DNA from: Vicugna vicugna
Taxonomy: Eukaryota
DNA: 64,000 nucleotides
Assembly (NCBI GenBank): GCA_013265495.1
Contig: MU057984.1
Span: forward strand, 489,597 to 553,596
Direction of reading: 5' to 3'
Under the pieces are notes generated by a model. It did no database searches, was not told the origin of the DNA, and saw nothing but the letters and a program-made list of their open reading frames with translations. Positions 1-64,000 of the stretch are shown piece after piece. The position numbers and the translations under genes are program-made. Position 1 is the stretch's first letter. Every line of letters starts with the position of its first letter.

Positions 1-240
1 GGGGGGGGGGTAGAGGGTGGGAAGGGATAGACTGGGATTTCAAAATTGTAGAATAGATAAACAAGATTACACTGTATAGCACAGGGAAATATACACAAAA
101 TGTTATGATAAATCACAGAGAAAAAAATGTGACAATGAGTATGTATATGTCCATGAATGACTGAAAAATTGTGCTGAACACTGGAATTTGACACAACACT
201 GTAAAATGATTATGAATCAATAAAAAATGTAAAAAAAATG
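1..240 (+). mobile_element. L1 3' end (lineage-specific type)
   Basis: G-rich tract, CTGTATAGCACAGGGAA motif, AATAAA and an A tail. Confidence 0.8.
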
Positions 241-3200
241 GAACAAACATAAATTCAATCAGCAGAACAGGGACAGTAACCCATTTTTTAAAATCTCCAA
301 AGTTCAAGGATATCACAGGTATATTCATATGAATACGGAAAGGTATAAAGGTCAAAGTCAAATAACTGATGGAATCTTAGGTCCAAGAAAGTTGAGTTTC
401 CCTCTCCAGTGAAGATGAAGCAGGGAAGATCCAGACCTCCTCTGATGCCTTAAGGAATTCACAAAGAAAATAAACACAATTTTATATGAAGAAACTTTTC
501 AACAAAATGGAATCACTCCAGATACAAGGCATTGGGTAGAGATACAGGAATAATCGTCAGACAGTACAAACTTCAGAGTAAAAAATTATAACCTCTTAAA
601 TAAACTTCTAAAAGAAGTTCCTAAAAGATCAAATGCTAGCTACAGTATAACCTCTGTCCTCATCTAAACAATTTCAAAAATCCTTTTTTATCCCTCAAGT
701 TTTCAGACTAATCTAAAGAATGATCATTTCAACCACCCCTGTGTAAAAATAAACTCAAATAACTGATCTCACCCTTTTCATCTTACTGAATTTCACTTTG
801 TTGCATGATATAAAAACCATTAAACAAATGAACCATTATGTGTTTATTAATACAAATACTGTAGTGTGGGAAATGGATATAGATCTCAAATATAGAAAAT
901 ATAATAAAAATAGATACTTGTAAATATATTTGAAGTACATATAAACATATAGTTCATGAAATACAATAACCCAAGATAGCATCAATAAGTACTTCTTGAG
1001 TGCCTATAATGTGCCCAGAACTATATCTGAGGACTCTAGCAGAAAACACAAATTGGAAATGTAGTCCTTGACTTTATGAAGTTTACAATGTAGTCAGGGA
1101 GACAAACAGATACGTACCTCCTTTTGAAACAAGGCAGAATTTGGTTAGTGCTAAAATAAAACCTAATATTCTAAGGGAGCAAAGGTAAAAACATAATTTT
1201 GACCAACAAGACTGAAGGTGGGGGGGTGGGAATGGGGCTGAAGACTCACAGGGTGCATGAGGTTGAAGCCAATTTATAAAAGAGGGTAGATCTCAGGCAG
1301 CAGGGACAGAAGAGGAAAAACTACCCTAGGAGGAGGGAATCCCAGTGCCACTGGGAGGACACGTGTAACACAATTAGGCTGTAGCAGAGACAGCCGATGG
1401 AGCCCATAATGAGAGAGGGGACTGGAAAGACAAGGCAGAGTCATAGTTGAATGGATCTCAGTATTTCCCCTTCCTTCTGTCCTAAAACCATCACGTGAAA
1501 AACCAAATCTGATTTGTCACAGAAGGACATTTACGTGTTAAGACAGTCATAACAATAGAATATGTTTTCAGGATATTTTAAATATAAATTTTATTGCAAA
1601 TTGTTAATGATTATTAAGGTCAACACCTGTACCTCCTAGACTGTGTTAGCAGACTGCTGCTAAGAACCACTGCTACTGGTGATAGGAAACCAGCAAAGCT
1701 TTTCAGAGGACAGATGTGCTAAGATCTCTGCTTGAACGAGACCACTTTCTGGAAGAGGTATGAGGAAAAAGGCTTGGAGGTAGGGACAGCATTTGAAAAG
1801 ATGACACAGTGGCTGAGAAGGGAAGCTGGAGCTAGAATAAGGCAGAATTGTGGGAAGAAATGCTCTCCGCAGAGTAACTAAAAAATAATCATGAAGAGTC
1901 CGTGAGCCATTAGCAAGGTGCATGAAAGCACATGAGGCAATCAGTGAGAGTCAAGTGTTAAAACAACTAAAATTTCAATGTCCGAAATTTTTAAAAAATG
2001 AGTATCATGGTCTTATGTATTTCCAACTGCCTATGGTTATCATTCATGGGCTGTTTCAGTCTCCTCAAACAGCACGCTCACCTAGACCTGATCCCCCTCA
2101 CGCATTCCAGCAATCATGAATTGTCCCTCCAATCACCTACCTCTTAGAGTCAAAAGCTGGAAACGATTCAAGACTTCTTCCTCTTCCCTAATACTCATGT
2201 CCACTCGGTCCCTAAGTCAGAGCATTTTTAATTTATTGGCACCTTTATCCTCTCCTCCTTCCCATTCTTGGCATCAGTGCCTGAGCTCAGACTCTCATCA
2301 CTTCTCACCTGAATGGCCACTACAGCTCACTGACCTCCCTGTCTCTGGTTTTGCCCCTCCCACCCACACGTTTTCCTGCGGCCCATTCTCAACTGTACTC
2401 CAAAAGGAGAATTAGTAAAGGGGAACCCTACTCACACCATTGCCTGGATATCAATCCTTTAATGATGTTGCTTAACCTCTTGGATAAATGTCCAGAAAAG
2501 ATCCTTAGTAACCCAAGTCTCATTTACCCCTCCAGTCCTGTTCTCTATGGCTCTAGATATTCCAGACTACTTACTATACTGACTCAGTCCTAGGCCTTTA
2601 CTTGAATTCTTTCACATATCACCTTCTCTGTATCTCTACATTCTTTAAAATCTAGATTAGGCATCAACTTCTCCAAGAAATCTTTCTTTATCACTGATTC
2701 TTTTTTCCCTAATATATGCTCCCTTAGCACCATGTACTAATTTATCTTACAGTATACACCATGCTATATGGTGATAACCCAATTCTTTGTCTCTCTCTTC
2801 TACTATCATAGGTGGTCTCCATTTGTTACTTACATCCAATAGCCATCTTTCTCTCCTCTGCTCTGTCCTGACCTCTACGGGCTGATTCAGGTAAGCCCTT
2901 TGCTTTTCTACCTCTGATGTGGTTCAACTGCAGGGAGATGCCAGCAAGATATTGGAGGGCAGGATGCATTTATGCCCCCATGTCTTCCCTGCCTTGGGTA
3001 TAATTCTGTCAACGACTACATTTTTTTTTTTTTTACAATTATACCTTTTATTAGATGGCCTCTTTCACAGTATCATCATTCATGGGATCCAATAATATCT
3101 GGCCTTCTCTTGCTCTTCAGACCTAGAGGTAGTGGCAGCTTCTAGCCCTTGTCAGTTTCTTTTAATCTGGCTCCTAGGTCCATAGATAATTCCTTCATTA

Positions 3201-3384
3201 AATTATCCTCAGTTAAATGCTCTGAACAAGTCATTTGTTCACTACCAAGACCTTGATTGATAAACTTACTGTTCACTTTTGGAGAAGATATAAGATGTTT
3301 TATTATCTTTACAGACCCAAAGTCTAGTATCTGGCCTGTAACTGGTATTCAACAAATATGTACTGAAGAAGAAATTAATAAACC

Positions 3385-3592
3385 AATGATCGGCAAACTT
3401 TTTATGTAAGGGCCCAGACAGTAAATATTTCAGACTTTGCAAGTCCTATGGTTTCTACCACAACTATCCAACTCTGCCATTACAGTATGGAAGCAGACAT
3501 AAACAATATTCAAACAAATGAGTTTATCCGTACTCCAATAAAAACAGGTATCAGGCCAGATTTGGCCCACAGACCTAAGTCTGTCAAAACCC
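3385..3592 (+). mobile_element. MER58-like hAT DNA transposon
   Basis: GGCAAACTTTTT...GTAAATATTTCAGACTTTG...GGCCAGATTTGGCCCAC. Confidence 0.75.
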
Positions 3593-4035
3593 AGAGTAAA
3601 CATATGAAATGTACTCATAAAAGTATATCCTTTTCAAGCTTAATTTGACATAAGGATACCTAATACATGAGTAAACATATAGAGAGAGCTCTCCAAAGAC
3701 ATTTACCTGCAATTCTTGAACAATTAAAACTAGCAATTAATTTTACTTTCATTTATAGTATATACTTATATATAACATACTTAACTGACTATATTAAATC
3801 AACTAATATGCACAGTTATATGTCATATATTACTGAAGTATTCTGATATCAATATTGATATAATTCTAGAAATAAAACCATGATGGGTTATAGAATATAA
3901 GAAAGACATGCACTGAGTCATTAAAAATGTTTAAGAATAACTGCTCTTGACTTAATGTATTTGTTTAACATTACACCTTAGAACAACTTAAAATTGTCTT
4001 GCTTTTACAGTAATATTATGGTATAAAATATATAC

Positions 4036-61265
<57,230 letters not shown>

Positions 61266-61326
61266 AGCCGTCCTCTAGGGAGCCGGCAAACGGTTGCGGA
61301 TTTGACCCAGGAGTAGGGTGGACGCT

Positions 61327-61339
61327 GTCGCTAGGCAAC
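61327..61339 (-). promoter_or_regulatory. RFX-binding X-box
   Basis: GTTGCCTAGCGAC (GTCGCTAGGCAAC on +), 62-74 nt upstream of the ATG. Matches the imperfect-palindrome X-box typical of ciliary gene promoters. Confidence 0.8.
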
Positions 61340-63654
61340 CGCCTGACACCGCGCTATCCTCCAGCCCAACCAGCTTTGGCGCGCAGCCTAAATCGCGCAA
61401 GTTGGCGACTCCAACAGAGGCTGCCGGCGTAAAATCCCCAGGATCGCAGGTGTCTTCAGATAAACTGGAAAACGTGCTTGGTAGCCCAAATCCCAGAGGC
61501 ATCTCATCCTGCATTGTCTGGCAGGATTTTAAGATGGCATTGATGGATAGGCACGCTCCTAGATCTCTCAAGATTAAGCTTAAAGACCATCTACTTTAGG
61601 ATCTACACAGAAGTCTAGCTTGAGCCAGTCTTATGGAGAATGGGCAGGAGGCAATTTTGAGAACTGACCCTTCAAAACCTAAATATCTTTGTAGAAAACT
61701 TAACCACAACTGTTTTACAAGGTTCCCATAGTGCCAAGATAAATAAGTTATTACTTCACTATAAAGCAGCCCAAAATATAAAGACAAGTTTTAACATTTC
61801 TTAGAATTGTTGTCAATAGTTGAAAACAGTGGAAGTAGTGGTCGTGGTCATTATTATTTGCAAATTCTTATGAATTGACTGATTAAAAGCATCTTCATCA
61901 TTTTTCAAAATTCTATATATTTTGGCTTAACAAGTGGCAGGTGTGAGTCACACCTGGAATTTTATGCTAATCACTACTATGCTCCCACATTACAAACCCA
62001 GTCCATATCTTTGAGCCCCTATGCAGGACAACTGCACAGTGCTGAAAGGACAACAGGGGCCCAAGGAACTTGACTGAACCAAGACCACAGTCCATACAAA
62101 GCCCTTCCATCAATTTCTGCAAAAACTGGAAGCTCTAAAGAGTTCTCAAAATTGTCTCCTGCCCATTCTCAATAAGACTGGCTCAAGTCTAGACTTCTGT
62201 GTAGATCCTAAAGTTATAGACATGCAAATCAAATGGAGAACAATTTTGTTTCCCTATTCTGTTGGTACTCTCATCAACTAAGGAAGAATGTCACATAGCT
62301 CTCTCCAAGTTCACTATGCCTAGAGCTCAATCCATTGCCCTTAGGAACTATAATTATGCCTTCTTGATTTTTTCACCCACTTTTTAATTGACTCTAAATG
62401 TAAATTTTAGATGAAGTAGTCTAACATTTGCATCACATGTTTAACTCCAAAATGTATTGTTCAATTCCTATTATCAAATAATGGCCATAAAAGGCATATT
62501 TTAGCAAACTGGAAGTGGTTTTTAGCCAAAATTTTCAACTACACATGATTATGTAGTTACTTTAAGGTTGGACAAATAAAAGAACAAGAGACTTTTACCT
62601 AATAGCAATTGAAAAGATAAAAGTATCTTACATATATTGTTTTTTAATATGGAGGCTTCATGGAGAATATTCATTATATATCATGGATGAAATGTGTGTG
62701 TTCATCTTTGTTCAGGTTTCCAAGGCAGCATAGTTGGCAGGACTTCTGTATAAAAAAGTAGGCATTCTGACTGGAATAATTTATTATAAATAAGGCTCAA
62801 TTTTATTCCTCATTATAATAAATGATGAACTTGAAAGTTAAGCAGACATCCTAATGTCCACTGCAGACTTGCCATTCTTCTACTCTGAATTAACTATATA
62901 ATTAATTGAATTAACTATATAATTAATTATATAAAAGAAAAAATGTAACTCCTATCAATTGAGTATAAATTTTGCCATGTGAACTACACATCAGAAGTCC
63001 TACTTTATACCCAGCTACTGCAAAGTCTACTAGTGGGTAGAGTTTCTGAGCACTAAGGAAAGGGTAACATTGAAGAGGTAAGCAAAATGATCCCCAGTAG
63101 AATATTTCGATATTTACTTCTGAACATGTTTAAGGGACTGAAAAAGTTGGTGACAAAGGGAAAAAGAAAAAACAGTGGATATTATTCTGATGATTTAAAA
63201 TCTTAAAAAGTTCGAATCATTTTTTGGAAAGAATTATGAATGAAATCCAGAAAAACCTATTACAGTGGCTAGAGTACTGACTTAGAAACAGGAGTTACTG
63301 AAAAAAGATACACAAAACTTTTCTAAGCACAAGAGCATTAAAAGTGTGGAAAGCATCGTGTTTATAATATTCAACTTGAAAGCAAGTAGTATGCAATGAA
63401 ATTCACTAAGATTGCATTCATTTAAAAGTTCTTCCAGATTATAAAAAGCCATGCCAATAAGAATAAACTGATGAGACTAATGCCTGGATAGAGCAGAAAA
63501 GCATGAATTAGAGGGCAGTAACATAAACCAACAGAAAGATAACCCATTATTTTCACAAGGCATACAGTGAATGACAGAAAGCCACCTAGTGATCCAGGTC
63601 AAAGGATGTAAGTTTCTTTACTGTTAGTAATGAGTGTGTCTTACTACACACAGA

Positions 63655-64000
63655 CATCATTGCAGAGATTGCTAATTGTGCCTCAGTATTCATTTTCTTC
63701 TTCTTCCATGGTAGAATTTATATATATACATATATGCTGTACAGATTAAGACTACATTTTCTACATTTTACAGCCTCCTCTGCTGCTGGATATGGCCATG
63801 CATATAAGTTCTGAGTATGAGTAGAACTGATGTGTGCCACTTCTAAATTGTACCCTTAAAGTGGTGCCTTAAAATTGGATGTGATGCTTCTTCCTCTCAT
63901 CCTGCTTTTCTGGCTTACTGTAAACACGGCTGTGGTTCATCCGATCACTATAAGGTAGACAGAGTAAGAAGACAGAAGGAGCCTGGGCACTGACAGGAGA
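63655..64000 (+). mobile_element. old MaLR LTR (MLT1-type), truncated by the window end
   Basis: GATATGGCCATGCATATAAGTTCTG...TGATGTGTGCCACTTCT...AGAAGGAGCCTGGG motifs. Confidence 0.55.

Noticed and set aside
1..4035. CFAP47 exon 21
   Set aside because: I found no minus-strand segment matching the expected next peptide with splice sites. It probably lies beyond the left edge.

Overview
Mammalian, AT-rich and repeat-rich genomic DNA. It is most likely camelid, judging from four Vic-1-like tRNA-derived SINEs, and probably X-linked because CFAP47 is X-linked in other eutherians. The window holds the 5' part of CFAP47 (CXorf22/CHDC2; cilia- and flagella-associated protein 47) on the minus strand. 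I mapped a CpG-rich promoter with an RFX X-box and coding exons 1-20 (61265 down to 4036; 3265 coding nt, about 1088 codons). All splice phases are consistent and there are no internal stops. The gene continues past the left edge. The introns contain an antisense FAM89B processed pseudogene, a U6 snRNA retrocopy, many L1/L2/MIR/MER/MaLR remnants, several solo LTRs with intact target-site duplications, microsatellites and an 85-nt assembly gap. I found no evidence for a wholly new gene system. The most interesting signals are in CFAP47 splicing: (1) a 28-codon read-through past the weak exon-16 donor, which resembles the C-terminus of the short human CXorf22 isoform; (2) a 99-nt GC-AG intron; (3) a NAGNAG acceptor; and (4) donor sites that are re-created at the exon 3/4 and 4/5 junctions after splicing. 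Protein and repeat-family identifications are from recalled sequences, not from database searches.
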